64,000 nt of DNA from Acidiferrobacterales bacterium (GCA_046759385.1 JBHICC010000002.1:19431-83430), one strand, 5' to 3'. Counted from the stretch's first letter, positions 1-10,059 are shown. Numbers and translations: made by a program. The notes: generated by a model from the letters alone, not told the origin.

Positions 1-414
1 ATCGCGTTTCTCCGTGTCCCCCATCGCCTGACTTGCGCAAGCCGCACCCAGGTAGTTGAGAAGCGGCGTTTCGCCATACTGCAGTCCGGATAAGAGTTGC
101 GCGCGCGCTCTTGCCCAATCGCCTTCTGCCAACCTGATCAGGCCGCGCATAAGCGCCAGTCGTGCCTTTCGCGTGTTGCGATCGAGCCGCCAGGTGGCAA
201 CGTCTCGCGGGATATTCCAGGTGCGACGCAGCAGGCGCCAAACGATCTGCACTACAATCGCTCCCACGATCAGCAGCAACACGAACAATGTCAGCGGCAT
301 CTCGATGCTCCAGGGCGTACGCGTGATTAGCACGTAGCCCGGGTCCTCGATCGCAAATAACGTGACAAGCACCGAGACGAAAAGGACGAGTAGGATTAGC
401 GCAAGCGTCTTCAC
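1..414 (-). CDS. hemY: HemY-like heme-biosynthesis-associated membrane protein (N-terminal part; gene runs off the window)
   Basis: My own minus-strand translation from the GTG at 414 reads VKTLALILLVLFVSVLVTLFAIEDPGYVLITRTPWSIEMPLTLFVLLLIVG...LIRLAEGDWARARAQL and stays open to base 1. It has two N-terminal TM helices plus the GYVLI and LAEGD features I recall from E. coli HemY. It follows hemC-hemD-hemX. It is absent from the ORF track because no stop lies in the window. Confidence 0.75.
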   Translation of the reverse strand, partial: MKTLALILLVLFVSVLVTLFAIEDPGYVLITRTPWSIEMPLTLFVLLLIVGAIVVQIVWRLLRRTWNIPRDVATWRLDRNTRKARLALMRGLIRLAEGDWARARAQLLSGLQYGETPLLNYLGAACASQAMGDTEKRD

Positions 415-431
415 GAGAATAAATCGTTCGC

Positions 432-1535
432 TTAGGAGCCCGCCCGCCCTTCGGTGATAGCGCGCAGCGTCTCGAGCGATCCTGCTACATCAGGCAGCTC
501 CACAGCGATCTTTGCCTCGAGCAAAGTACTGAGTTCCTGCTGCGCGTTGATAACTGCTTGCGCGTCTGTGTCGAAGTTATCGTTAATCCACCCCTGTGCG
601 GTTTTGATGTTCTGTGTGTACGTACCTACATTCGCCTCTAATAGAGCCAGTTGTGCCCCGTAGAGCATAAGGCGAAGATTCTCGCGGAGAAAATAATCGT
701 GCTCTGGAGCAAGCAACGGACGCTGCACGTCTGTAATACGCCGTATACGCACCAGACCGAGAACGTCTTGCCACATCTGTTGCAACACTGTCCACACGCT
801 TGACACCGTATCCGTGGTCTCACTCGTCTGCGTGGATGGGGGTGGTGGGCGGAAACGATCCTCTACATTCAGCGGGAGATTATCGATGCTGTTCGCGAGG
901 CTGCCGAGTTTAAGCGCAATGCCCGATACGTCAGCGCGTTCAAGTGACTGCAGTTGCGTGATCTCTGCAGCAATCTGTTCTCTAACGGGAAGCAGGCGCG
1001 GCTCGGCCAGTTGCTGCAGCCGCTGATCGGCAGTGCGTAGCGCCTCGGCGGCAGTGTCGGGATCGTGCGCGAGTCGTAAGCGATAATTGGCGATCAGCAA
1101 CAACTGCTCGATTTCCGCCAGCACCCAGTCCGTGCGGTTTCTACCAAGCTCGTTACTGACCTTATCAACCGACTTGCCTAGGGTATCTTGAATTTGCTTA
1201 ATGCTGCTAAGTTGTTCTTCAAGGGCCTGTAACTGCTTTGCGACTTGGTTTTCTTGCGTTGTTAACTGTTGGGCGTCGTCGTCGAGTCGTTTAAGCGTGC
1301 CGAGGACGTTCGCGTTAAACGGCTCCTGTTTTTGGTAGTAGAAATAGCCGCCATAGCCTGTTAGTCCCAGTGCGATTAATGATAGGACCAACGCGAGTCC
1401 GGACCAGATTGCCGTAGCGCGCGTTTTCGCGGTCGTTTTCTTAGTCCGGCTCTTGGTGCGCTTCGGCGGGGTAGTCTTACGTCTGGAGGCGATTTCCTTC
1501 GAATTTGCCGCCTGTTCTTGGTTTTTCTCGTCCAT
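432..1535 (-). CDS. hemX: HemX-like membrane protein (often annotated uroporphyrinogen-III C-methyltransferase)
   Basis: 367-aa ORF with a Lys/Thr/Arg-rich N-terminus and one TM helix (IWSGLALVLSLIALGLTGYGGYFYY). The remainder is long, Gln/Leu-rich and coiled-coil-like. It lies between hemD and hemY as in hemCDXY. Confidence 0.75.
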   Translation of the reverse strand: MDEKNQEQAANSKEIASRRKTTPPKRTKSRTKKTTAKTRATAIWSGLALVLSLIALGLTGYGGYFYYQKQEPFNANVLGTLKRLDDDAQQLTTQENQVAKQLQALEEQLSSIKQIQDTLGKSVDKVSNELGRNRTDWVLAEIEQLLLIANYRLRLAHDPDTAAEALRTADQRLQQLAEPRLLPVREQIAAEITQLQSLERADVSGIALKLGSLANSIDNLPLNVEDRFRPPPPSTQTSETTDTVSSVWTVLQQMWQDVLGLVRIRRITDVQRPLLAPEHDYFLRENLRLMLYGAQLALLEANVGTYTQNIKTAQGWINDNFDTDAQAVINAQQELSTLLEAKIAVELPDVAGSLETLRAITEGRAGS

Positions 1536-1570
1536 TTAGCTTGCCGGCCGTGTGCGAGATGGGGGTCCGA

Positions 1571-2398
1571 TTATAGGGGATTTTGCGATGTGCGCCACGC
1601 CTTGATGGCTTTCACGATGGCTCCATCGCTAGCCTGTTCGGCAACACGGATATGTGCAAATCCCATGCTACGAGCCGCGTGCGCGACACGTTGGCTAATC
1701 ACCACCAGTGGCAACCGGTGCAGAATCGCTCTTCCCGAATCAACTGTAAGAGCAAGCAAATTTCGCAGTGCTTCCACGCTCGTCGCAGTGACGATGTCGA
1801 TCTCGCCCGTACGCAGTAACGGCGTGATATCTATTCTTGGTATCGCACGTCGGTAACATTCGGCGTATTCGATACGTGCGCCTCGCGTAGCGAGCGTTTC
1901 ACCGAGCAATTCACGTCCACCGACGCCCCGGAAAATTACTATCTCTTTCCCGGCAACTTCTGTGAGTTCTGGACACGCGAGCAATCCCTCACTACTGAAG
2001 TTCTGGTCGGGAACAATCGACGGCTCCAAGCCGAGGCGTTGAAGCTCACGCGCCGAGGCAGCGCCTACGCAAGCCACGGTCAGGTTCTCGGGCCACTGTG
2101 ATCGGTTTTTCTTGAGTGCACCGATGCCTTTCGTCGCCGCATTAGCACTGACGAATATCGCGATGTTGAACTTATCGAGACGATTGATCACCGATTGCAG
2201 AGCCTGCATATCGTCCGGGTCGAGGATCTCCACCGTTGGTACGCGAACCGCCTCGCCCCTCTCGGCCTCGATCATCGAGCTTAAGCTCTCGGCCTGGTGG
2301 ACCGGGCGCGTGACCAGCACCCGTACGTCAGCGAGCGCACCTTCAGTTTGCACCGTGCAGCTGTCCGTACACGTGGTCGAGAATCTGTTTGGCGCCAC
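1571..2398 (-). CDS. hemD: uroporphyrinogen-III synthase
   Basis: 275-aa ORF with the VLVTRP start of the HemD fold and a second-lobe TATSVEAL segment, immediately downstream of hemC. The start is uncertain: ATG 2398 overlaps hemC by 56 nt, and GTG codons at 2353 or 2320 are alternatives. Confidence 0.75.
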   Translation of the reverse strand: MAPNRFSTTCTDSCTVQTEGALADVRVLVTRPVHQAESLSSMIEAERGEAVRVPTVEILDPDDMQALQSVINRLDKFNIAIFVSANAATKGIGALKKNRSQWPENLTVACVGAASARELQRLGLEPSIVPDQNFSSEGLLACPELTEVAGKEIVIFRGVGGRELLGETLATRGARIEYAECYRRAIPRIDITPLLRTGEIDIVTATSVEALRNLLALTVDSGRAILHRLPLVVISQRVAHAARSMGFAHIRVAEQASDGAIVKAIKAWRTSQNPL

Positions 2399-3281
2399 GC
2401 CCTAACAAATCTGCGGCCAGTTGCGTGCCAAGCGCAACAGCCTGGTTTGCAGGCCCTCGTATTTCACCTCGAATCACATCGTGCCCATCGGGATAGCCGA
2501 CCAGCGCACGTACGTGCATGCGCTCACCGGTCGTCTGGGCGTAACCAGCAATCGGTACGTGACAGCCGCCCTCAAGACGCTCGTTCACAGCGCGTTCGGC
2601 GTGGACGCACTGCCGCGTTGCATGGTGGTCGAGCTTTGCAAGCAAGCGATTGGCCTCATGATCAGCCCGGCATTCCACCCCGATCGCGCCCTGTCCGACC
2701 GCCGGTAGTATCTGCTCTGGCTCGATGTATGCGCGGATACGTTGCTCGAATCCAAGCCGCTTTAAACCGGCGACAGCAAGCAGGATCGCATCGAAATTAC
2801 CGGCATCGAGTTTGCGCAAGCGCGTGTCGACGTTTCCCCGAAGATTGATGACCGTCAGCTCGGGAAAGACGGCACGCAGCTGGCATTTTCGCCGGAGGCT
2901 TGATGTGCCGACCCGCGCGCCTGAGGGAAGCGCTGTAAGGTTCTCGTGTCGTGTGGACACAAACGCGTCACGCGCATCCTCGCGCTCGCACACGGCGGCG
3001 ATATGTAGTTCCTTAGGCAGGTCCACGGTCATGTCCTTCATCGAATGTACGGCTAGATCGGCGCGCCCATCTAGCAACGCCTGCTCGAGTTCTTTGATAA
3101 AAAGCCCCTTGCCACCAGCAAGTGCGAGCGGGGTATCGAGTATTTTGTCGCCCTCGGTCGTCAATTTAACCAACTCGATGTCCAGGCTGGGGTCGTGTTT
3201 CAGCAGTCGGGCGCGCACGTAGTTGGCTTGCCACAGCGCCAACTTACTCTTGCGGGTCGCGATGCGGAGGGTTATGGCCAC
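2343..3281 (-). CDS. hemC: hydroxymethylbilane synthase (porphobilinogen deaminase)
   Basis: Contains the hallmark N-terminus [15 protein letters not shown] and the cofactor-Cys region [11 protein letters not shown]. The ORF track extends to 3398, but the family N-terminus fits the in-frame GTG at 3281 ([10 protein letters not shown]). Confidence 0.9.
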   Translation of the reverse strand: MAITLRIATRKSKLALWQANYVRARLLKHDPSLDIELVKLTTEGDKILDTPLALAGGKGLFIKELEQALLDGRADLAVHSMKDMTVDLPKELHIAAVCEREDARDAFVSTRHENLTALPSGARVGTSSLRRKCQLRAVFPELTVINLRGNVDTRLRKLDAGNFDAILLAVAGLKRLGFEQRIRAYIEPEQILPAVGQGAIGVECRADHEANRLLAKLDHHATRQCVHAERAVNERLEGGCHVPIAGYAQTTGERMHVRALVGYPDGHDVIRGEIRGPANQAVALGTQLAADLLGRGAKQILDHVYGQLHGAN

Positions 3282-3405
3282 AGTCAGTGTTTTCAAGCAG
3301 GGCGTGGAATGCCTAGCGTCACTTATCCGCGGGAGAATGACAAGCGCGGCGCGCTTGATTAGAAAGCAGGGTGAGCAAAGCGCGCGTGGAGCGCGCACAT
3401 GTTAT

Positions 3406-4149
3406 CTAGTGCATTGGGCGGTTCCTTGCCCAGCGTCGCACCGCGGCCGCATGGCGCCGGCTGACATCGAGTCGCCTGTCGATATCCTTCAGGGTCACTT
3501 GCCACGTGCCGGACGGACTTTTCTCGATCCCTTTGATATGCGAGGTCGACACCAAAGCGTTGCGGTGGATACGTATAAACTTTTCAGCGAATTCGCGCTC
3601 CAGATTTACTAGCGAGTCTTCGATCAGGTGTTCTTCCGCCGCTGTTCTTACCGCCACATATTTGCTGTCGGCAAGAAAATAGACGATCTCCGGCACCGGT
3701 ACTAGGCGAATGTTGCCACGCAGGTGAACGCTGATATGTGTGCGCGACGGCGGCTCCGGTCGCGCTTGACTAAGCTCTTGGATTTGCTGAGCTGTTAGCT
3801 TGCGCGCCTTGCCAAGTGCATTTGCCAACCGGTCTTTTCTGATCGGTTTGAGCAAGTAATCCACCGCATTGACCTCAAACGCGTCAAGCGCGTGCTGATC
3901 GTACGCCGTCGTGAAGATGACACTGGGTGGGGTGTCCATCCCCAGCAGATGCATAGCGGCCTCGAGGCCATCCATGCCTGGCATGCGGATATCCATCAAC
4001 AGGACGTCCGGGTTAAGTGCGCCCGTCTTCTCTACCGCCTCGTTGCCGTTCATCGCTTCGCCAATAACATCATAGCCGCCGATGTCGGACAGCAGCTCGC
4101 GCAATCGGTCGCGAGCGAGCTTCTCGTCGTCTACTATTAATACTCTCAC
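3406..4149 (-). CDS. algR: LytTR-family response regulator, AlgR-like
   Basis: Receiver domain (VLIVDDE, DVLLMDIRMPGMDG) plus a C-terminal LytTR domain (FIRIHRNALV, VSRRH). It is colinear with P. aeruginosa AlgR as I recall it, and the argH / kinase / algR / hemC synteny matches. The GTG start overlaps the upstream kinase stop (GTGA). Confidence 0.85.
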   Translation of the reverse strand: MRVLIVDDEKLARDRLRELLSDIGGYDVIGEAMNGNEAVEKTGALNPDVLLMDIRMPGMDGLEAAMHLLGMDTPPSVIFTTAYDQHALDAFEVNAVDYLLKPIRKDRLANALGKARKLTAQQIQELSQARPEPPSRTHISVHLRGNIRLVPVPEIVYFLADSKYVAVRTAAEEHLIEDSLVNLEREFAEKFIRIHRNALVSTSHIKGIEKSPSGTWQVTLKDIDRRLDVSRRHAAAVRRWARNRPMH

Positions 4150-5282
4150 GTCTGCTCCCTGCGGGTCGGTAATACTACTGTAACTACAAACTCCGATCCT
4201 TCCTTCCCGAACTCGAGACTTGCCGCATCACCATAATGGCTACGAAGACGCAGCCGGATATCTTCGAGCGACATGCCGTAGCTGTCCTCCGCTTTGCTCG
4301 CCTTCGTCTGCGGCAGCGGGTTCACAATCTTAATATAGATCTTGTCTCCCTGTTCCCAAAGGCGGACCGTGATAACCCCCCCGGTGGCAAGCGGCTCGAT
4401 GCCATGACGAATAGCGTTTTCCAGCAGCGGTTGTAATGTCAATACGGGCATCACTGCCTTGCGCGGAAATTTACCGATATCCCAGTTCACGCGCAGCCGG
4501 TTATCGAGCCGCAGTTCCTCGAAAGACAGGTACTTGTGTGCGAGTTCGACTTCGTTTTTCACCGGTACCAATGTCTCTTCCTGACTCAACATCATGCGGA
4601 AAAGATCAGCCATATCCTCGATCGCCGCCTCGGCCTTGGCGGGGTCGCCTCGGATCAGGCTGGCAATGATGTTCATGCTGCTGAAGACAAAATGCGGGCG
4701 GATGCGCGATAACATCGCCTGCATGCGTGTGCGTTCCTCTGAAAGCGCTGCCTGTTTGAGTTCATGTTTCGCCATAAAGAAGCGCAGCAGTAACGCGTAG
4801 ACAAAGGCGCTGATGGTAATAGCGACGATGTGCAAGTGGCCATACCATTCCGGTCGTGCTGACGGGATTTCGCCGGTAAACCACAATAACCAGATCGTAC
4901 ACTCGGTCACGAGTAAGGTAGTGAACAACAACAGGGCGTACGCGGCGCCCAGCGCGTGCAGTCGCGGGAGTCTATTAAGGTATGGACCTGTCAGGCACAG
5001 CACCGCTGTCCCGCCCAATGCTACCCATTGCACGAAGATCGATATCAATAACAGGTTTTGCATTATGTACGGCGAGATGATGTAGCGCGGTATAACTAGG
5101 GTGATAACAATAGCGAGCATTTCCGCGATGATCGCGACGTTGAAGACAATCCAACCCGTGCAAAAGTTAGGGAGGAATTGGCTGTCGTCAGTGGCGACAC
5201 GCTCATCGTCTACGTTCCCGTCTAAGCGGCGGGCTGTGTTCCTAATCCAGTCTTGAAGCACGCTCTTGTTTGAGAGCTCCAT
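4146..5282 (-). CDS. LytS/AlgZ(FimS)-type sensor histidine kinase, copy 2
   Basis: 378 aa with a polytopic N-terminal half. H-box RIRPHFVFSSMN and N-box LTLQPLLENAIRHGIEP. Paralogous to the upstream kinase. Confidence 0.8.
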   Translation of the reverse strand: MELSNKSVLQDWIRNTARRLDGNVDDERVATDDSQFLPNFCTGWIVFNVAIIAEMLAIVITLVIPRYIISPYIMQNLLLISIFVQWVALGGTAVLCLTGPYLNRLPRLHALGAAYALLLFTTLLVTECTIWLLWFTGEIPSARPEWYGHLHIVAITISAFVYALLLRFFMAKHELKQAALSEERTRMQAMLSRIRPHFVFSSMNIIASLIRGDPAKAEAAIEDMADLFRMMLSQEETLVPVKNEVELAHKYLSFEELRLDNRLRVNWDIGKFPRKAVMPVLTLQPLLENAIRHGIEPLATGGVITVRLWEQGDKIYIKIVNPLPQTKASKAEDSYGMSLEDIRLRLRSHYGDAASLEFGKEGSEFVVTVVLPTRREQT

Positions 5283-5283
5283 G

Positions 5284-6369
5284 TCAGCCTCTGACGATAG
5301 GCATGGCGAGCTTCACATGATACTGACCGCCTTGCTCGAATGCCTGCATGGTTGCGCTATCGCCGAACTGTGTGGACAAGCGCTGTCGTATATTATCCTG
5401 GGCAATCTTGTTGCCTTGACCATGAGAGGCATTGCGCACGTCCGGCAGCGGGTTGCTGATCAGAACGTTCAACGTTTCGCCCTCGGCCCAAAGCTCGACC
5501 CGCACGGTACCGCCCGCGAATCGCGGCTCGATACCGTGGTAGATAGCGTTCTCCAGCAAGGGCTGCAAGGTCAGGGCTGGGATCATGGCGTAGCGTGGCA
5601 CGTTGCTCACGTGCCACTTCACCTTGAGTCGGTCACCGAGGCGCATCTTCTCGATTTCCAGGTACTGGCGCGAGATCTCCCGCTCCGCTGAAATCGGTAC
5701 CAGTTTTCGCGCGTCAGCTAGCAACACCCGAAACAGGTCGGCGAGATCTTGCAAGACGGATTCTGCCTTTGGGGGGTCACTACGAGTCAGGCTGGCGACA
5801 GAGTTCAGGCTGTTAAAAAGAAAATGCGGCCGGATGCGGGACTGCAAAGCCTGCAGCTTTGCTTCCTGTTGCGCTTTCGCGTCGGTCTCGGCGCGGTGCT
5901 GCAGGAAGAGGTAACGCAAGCCAGGGATGCCGATCAGTGCGGCGATAATAAGGCTGCGTATCAATAGCGACTCGCGCCACGGTGGCCAGCGCTCCGAGAT
6001 CAGACCAAAATCAAATGCCGCAAAAATGACGAGTTCCGTAGCGAACGCAGTGGCGCACAGCAACAGGACAAATACAATCGGCGCCGCCGTTAGCGCTGAC
6101 ATCCGGCGGATCAGCGGCGAAGACAGTTTCAAAGCCACGAACACACAGAAAGAGACAAACAGCGCAAACGCCGACAGCATATACAGCTCTTGCCAAAAAC
6201 TATCGTCAAAGCCCAGATGGCGCCCAAGCGTGATGATGATCGCGATCAGCTCGGCAAGCAGGACCAAGCGTAGAGCGATGCCAAAGGAACCGAAGTCGGG
6301 CAGAAAATTGCGGTCCTGGGCCGGCGCTTTAGCCACGGCGCGACTCGCTCGTGTAATCAACGGCGGCAT
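5284..6369 (-). CDS. LytS/AlgZ(FimS)-type sensor histidine kinase, copy 1
   Basis: 361 aa with a polytopic N-terminal half. H-box RIRPHFLFNSLNSVASL and N-box LTLQPLLENAIYHGIEP. Its TGA stop is separated by 1 nt from the ATG of copy 2. Confidence 0.8.
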   Translation of the reverse strand: MPPLITRASRAVAKAPAQDRNFLPDFGSFGIALRLVLLAELIAIIITLGRHLGFDDSFWQELYMLSAFALFVSFCVFVALKLSSPLIRRMSALTAAPIVFVLLLCATAFATELVIFAAFDFGLISERWPPWRESLLIRSLIIAALIGIPGLRYLFLQHRAETDAKAQQEAKLQALQSRIRPHFLFNSLNSVASLTRSDPPKAESVLQDLADLFRVLLADARKLVPISAEREISRQYLEIEKMRLGDRLKVKWHVSNVPRYAMIPALTLQPLLENAIYHGIEPRFAGGTVRVELWAEGETLNVLISNPLPDVRNASHGQGNKIAQDNIRQRLSTQFGDSATMQAFEQGGQYHVKLAMPIVRG

Positions 6370-6697
6370 GATCCCTCTTTGTTCCCTGGACGGCGTAGGC
6401 GTTGGCGGCGCGATTGCCGAATGTGAGGCAACGGAAAGGTGACCGGATGATTGTGACGCAAAGCTCCGTGCGTTCGCAAGATGAAGAATCCCGTAAACCT
6501 AAGCTGATTGAGGCGCTAAGCTGACCGTAGTTAGCGGCCTTGGGCCCTCCACGGCCACGAACCCCAGTCGCAGTGCACAAGTGAGAACCCCTCGATAATA
6601 ATAGACGAGTGATAGCCAGGGGTTATCGACCCCGAGGATCGGAGAAAAAGCTGCCCTTTTTCGCACCCCTGGGTATACTGTGAAATTGCGGGAGAAT

Positions 6698-6721
6698 AAA
6701 AAACCCCCCACGTGTGGGGGG
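6698..6721 (-). terminator. rho-independent terminator (minus strand)
   Basis: Plus strand reads AAAAAA-CCCCCCA-cgtg-TGGGGGG. On the minus strand this is a 7-bp G/C stem with a 4-nt loop followed directly by UUUUUU. No T-run follows on the plus strand, so it is unidirectional. Confidence 0.7.
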
Positions 6722-6991
6722 TTCAAAGGCCTGGTCCGGTATTCGGGGTGGGGGTGCACAAAAGGACAAACCGAACCAGGTAGGATAAAAATACCCCGGT
6801 AGCAGAATCGCAACAACGCGTCCGGGGTCAGTTACCGACAGCCGGGGCGCCGTTGCGGATGGGCGGCGCCCGCAACCACCGGCTCACATCCGAGCGGGCG
6901 TTCCCCTATCTGAGGCCTGGTCACATTAGGGTTGGCGAGGTCAAGGGGATATCCGAGCGCGTAATCGATCATTAAAACCCTTAGTTAAGCC

Positions 6992-8377
6992 ATGTCGACG
7001 CAGAAACCCTGGAGCGGCCGCTTCACCGAGTCTACAGATACGCGCGTTGAAGCGTTCACTGCTTCGGTAAACTTTGACCGGCGGTTGTACCCGTATGATA
7101 TTGCCGCCTCGGTCGCGCACGCGCGCATGCTGGCACATGTAAAAGTGATTAGCGAGAAAGAACGTGACGCAATCATAGAAGGGCTAGAGGCAATCGAGGC
7201 GGAGATCGAGAGCGACCAATTTTCCTGGACCACTGAGCTCGAGGACGTGCACATGAACATTGAAGCGCGTCTGATCGATCGTGTTGGCGAGGTTGGCAAG
7301 AAACTGCACACGGGTCGCTCACGCAACGATCAGGTTGCGACCGACCTCCGATTGTACCTGCGAGATGGTATCGACTGGTTGAGCAAGGCGATCACCGATC
7401 TGCAAAGGACTCTGCTCGACGTCGCCGAGCGTGAGGCCGCAACGATCATGCCCGGTCTCACCCACCTACAGATCGCCCAGCCCATTACGTTTGGACATCA
7501 TCTATTGGCATGGGTGGAGATGCTGCGCCGTGATAACGAGCGGCTCGGGGACTGCCGCAAGCGGGTTAATATAATGCCGCTAGGTGCGGCCGCGCTCGCG
7601 GGAACCAGCTACCCGATCGACCGAGCGTTTGTAGCGCGGTTGCTCGGCTTTGAAGCGCCAGCGGAGAACGCGCTGGATGCCGTGTCGGACCGAGACTTCG
7701 CCATTGAGTTCGCTGCTGCTGCGGCGGTACTGATGACGCATCTGTCACGCTTCGCTGAAGAATTGGTGCTTTGGGCATCACCGGCGTTTAATTTTATAGA
7801 GGTCAGCGATGCGTTCTGCACAGGCTCATCGATCATGCCGCAGAAGAAAAATCCCGATGTTGCCGAGTTGGTGCGCGGCAAGGCCGGTCGCGTCACTGGC
7901 GATCTCGTCGCGCTAATGACCTTGATGAAGTCGCAACCGCTCGCTTACAACCGTGACAACCAGGAGGACAAGGAGGCTGTCTTCGACGCGCTTGACACGG
8001 CGCTCGCAAGCGTGGACATATTTACTGCCCTCATTGGGTCGATTGAACCCAGGCGCGAGACGATGCGTCGCGCTGCCCAGCGGGGTTTTTCGACAGCAAC
8101 CGATCTCGCTGATTACCTCGTGCGCAAGGGCGTACCGTTTCGCGATGCACACGAAGTCGTCGGAACAATCGTTCGTTCCTCGTTGGACGCCGGTAAGGAT
8201 ATCACCGAGCTCACACACGCGGAGCTTAAAGCGCAGTGTAGTGTCATTGAAGATGACGTTTTCGATCTTCTGTCGCTTGAGGGGTCGGTAAACGCGCGCG
8301 ATCATCTAGGCGGCACCGCGCCAGCGCAGGTACGTCAGGCTGTGCAGCGAGCGCGTAGGCGTCTACAGCGAGCCTGA
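6992..8377 (+). CDS. argH: argininosuccinate lyase
   Basis: 461 aa with N-terminus KPWSGRF...DxRL..YDI.AS.AHA.ML and the fumarate-lyase signature [12 protein letters not shown]. Confidence 0.95.
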   Translation: MSTQKPWSGRFTESTDTRVEAFTASVNFDRRLYPYDIAASVAHARMLAHVKVISEKERDAIIEGLEAIEAEIESDQFSWTTELEDVHMNIEARLIDRVGEVGKKLHTGRSRNDQVATDLRLYLRDGIDWLSKAITDLQRTLLDVAEREAATIMPGLTHLQIAQPITFGHHLLAWVEMLRRDNERLGDCRKRVNIMPLGAAALAGTSYPIDRAFVARLLGFEAPAENALDAVSDRDFAIEFAAAAAVLMTHLSRFAEELVLWASPAFNFIEVSDAFCTGSSIMPQKKNPDVAELVRGKAGRVTGDLVALMTLMKSQPLAYNRDNQEDKEAVFDALDTALASVDIFTALIGSIEPRRETMRRAAQRGFSTATDLADYLVRKGVPFRDAHEVVGTIVRSSLDAGKDITELTHAELKAQCSVIEDDVFDLLSLEGSVNARDHLGGTAPAQVRQAVQRARRRLQRA

Positions 8378-8381
8378 GGAC

Positions 8382-8744
8382 ATGGGAAACCGTGCCCCGC
8401 TTGAAGATCTCAAGGAAACGTTGCGTGCTTTCGTGCGTGCACGCGATTGGGTCCAGTTTCACTCGCCCAAGAACCTATCCATGGCTCTAATGGTCGAGGC
8501 CGCCGAGCTACTCGAGCACTTTCAGTGGCTCAGCGAGCAACAGAGTTCGTGCTTATCGCCGCAAGAGCGGGAGCGAGTCGCCTTGGAAATAGCCGACGTT
8601 TTTATCTATCTTTTGCGGTTGGCGGACACGCTTGACGTCGATCTGATCGACGCGGCACAGCGCAAGATTGAGTTAAACGAGAAACGCTATCCTGCCGAAC
8701 AAGTACGGGGTCGTGCCGTTAAGACTCCGCAAGATTCACAGTAA
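8382..8744 (+). CDS. MazG-like nucleotide pyrophosphohydrolase
   Basis: 120 aa. LRAFVRARDW.QFHSPKNLSMALMVEAAELLEHFQW and ELADV..YLLRLAD are typical of small all-alpha MazG-family NTP pyrophosphohydrolases. Confidence 0.7.
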   Translation: MGNRAPLEDLKETLRAFVRARDWVQFHSPKNLSMALMVEAAELLEHFQWLSEQQSSCLSPQERERVALEIADVFIYLLRLADTLDVDLIDAAQRKIELNEKRYPAEQVRGRAVKTPQDSQ

Positions 8745-8870
8745 TCATACAGAGCGCGTTTCGATACCTTCACCGTGGTGGTTGAGCCATCGATCGACAC
8801 GTACCGATCCTCAGCTCGTTGACAGGTTCGGTGGCAGAGGGGCTGGGAGAAAAGTCTGCTGGGGCTCTAG

Positions 8871-9305
8871 TTACCCAGGATTTCTCAACGCTTTCTCGAT
8901 GCGTATACGCGGGATTATAGAGCCCCGCCCGATGCCCTCGCAGCAGCAACCCTCCGCCTGCCAGCTGGACGGGCTCGCTAGGGCCTCGGGCCAGAACGGA
9001 TAGGTGCGACATTGCTGCGGCCGCACGGGGTATATACGACAGCGGTTGGCAAGGTCGAGGAACGCGCAGCGACCGCTGGCCTCGAGCCGGATGCCCTCGA
9101 TTGCAGCATCGACTTTTATGACGTAGCGCCGGCGAAACCATGGACGGGACACTCCCAAGTGGCTACGGATGCGATCTTGTTCGCGAGCGCTGACTGCGAT
9201 GTAGTGCTCGTCATTGCTTCCGCCGGTACAGCAAGTACCGCAACCCGTGCATTTGAACCGCAGCTTTTGTCGCCGATGCCACATACGCAGGTCCTTTGTA
9301 TTCAA
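8871..9305 (-). CDS. YkgJ-family cysteine-cluster protein
   Basis: 144 aa with N-terminal CTGCGTCC (the CxxCxxCC motif) and a later C-rich segment (CAFLD...RCRIYPVRPQQCRTYPFWP). Confidence 0.7.
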   Translation of the reverse strand: MNTKDLRMWHRRQKLRFKCTGCGTCCTGGSNDEHYIAVSAREQDRIRSHLGVSRPWFRRRYVIKVDAAIEGIRLEASGRCAFLDLANRCRIYPVRPQQCRTYPFWPEALASPSSWQAEGCCCEGIGRGSIIPRIRIEKALRNPG

Positions 9306-9341
9306 GACTAGGTGTGATTATACAGTGACTTGGTTGCGTGG

Positions 9342-9878
9342 CTAAACGCGCCAGAACGATGCGAGGAGCGTATTTCGGTTGACGTTAGTTGGTGAGAAGC
9401 GCCACTGGGAACGCACTATGTGGTCCAGTGCGTCGGCAATCTGTGCAAAGTCAAAGTGCATTCGCCGAAACACATTGCGCCGCTTGGGGTTTAACTCATG
9501 GTGCGCGCAGTGCCAGAATGCGTTTTGTCCGTTGGCAAGATAGTAACCAAGCTCGCCGCGGGCTTGCAGTCTGTCTCTAAACAGTCCACTCATGAACAGC
9601 GTGTAATCACCAAGGTGGCGCGCGACGGAGGCTTGGCGATGTCGATCAGGAATTTCATTGTCCGAGCCAGCAGTGCCGTACCACTCGGCCAGCAGTTCAG
9701 CGATCCGCTCTAGCGGACGACCTTCGCGGTCATGCATCGGGTACAGCGCACGCGTGTGCGCGAAACGCGTCAGCAGTTCACTGACGTAATCGACCGTCGC
9801 CGGTTCTGCAAGCCCACACCGACCAAAGCCGGTTTGGACTTGGTGACGGAAGAACTGATACAACGTCGGTCGTCCCAT
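9342..9878 (-). CDS. hypothetical protein (no family recognised)
   Basis: 178-aa ATG-initiated ORF with protein-like composition, 36 nt upstream of the YkgJ gene on the same strand. Confidence 0.5.
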   Translation of the reverse strand: MGRPTLYQFFRHQVQTGFGRCGLAEPATVDYVSELLTRFAHTRALYPMHDREGRPLERIAELLAEWYGTAGSDNEIPDRHRQASVARHLGDYTLFMSGLFRDRLQARGELGYYLANGQNAFWHCAHHELNPKRRNVFRRMHFDFAQIADALDHIVRSQWRFSPTNVNRNTLLASFWRV

Positions 9879-10059
9879 TGGCGCACCTTAGTCTGCCGCC
9901 TAGTATCGGCAACGCATGCGAAGTTCAGCCCTAGACAGATTAACGCTCTCCTAATCCCTATCGGCGGGCGGCCGAACCCTTCTAACAAAGAAAGCTAGTT
10001 AAAGAACGCTAGCAGGTCCAACCCACGCTTTGCTGCAGCGCAAACGCATGGGCTAAAGG

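Noticed and set aside
6712-6740. GGGGGGTTCAAAGGCC, reminiscent of a tRNA/tmRNA T-arm
   Set aside because: The flanks cannot form the 3' half of a T-stem. There are no acceptor, D or anticodon arms, and no CCA context. The G-run is already explained as half of the terminator stem.
6499-6816. 105-aa minus-strand ORF in the argH/kinase spacer
   Set aside because: It runs straight through a strong intrinsic terminator and two other stable hairpins. Its Pro/Gly/Arg-rich translation is what a GC-rich structured RNA region would give.
8909-8919. CGGGATTATAG 11-mer shared with 27809-27819 (and GATTATA at 1569 and 9317), considered as a dispersed repeat
   Set aside because: It is too short and has no extended similarity. 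On the minus strand these read CTATAAT, i.e. -10-like boxes. The 27812 copy is plausibly the gspE-like gene's -10, while the 8912 copy is inside a CDS.
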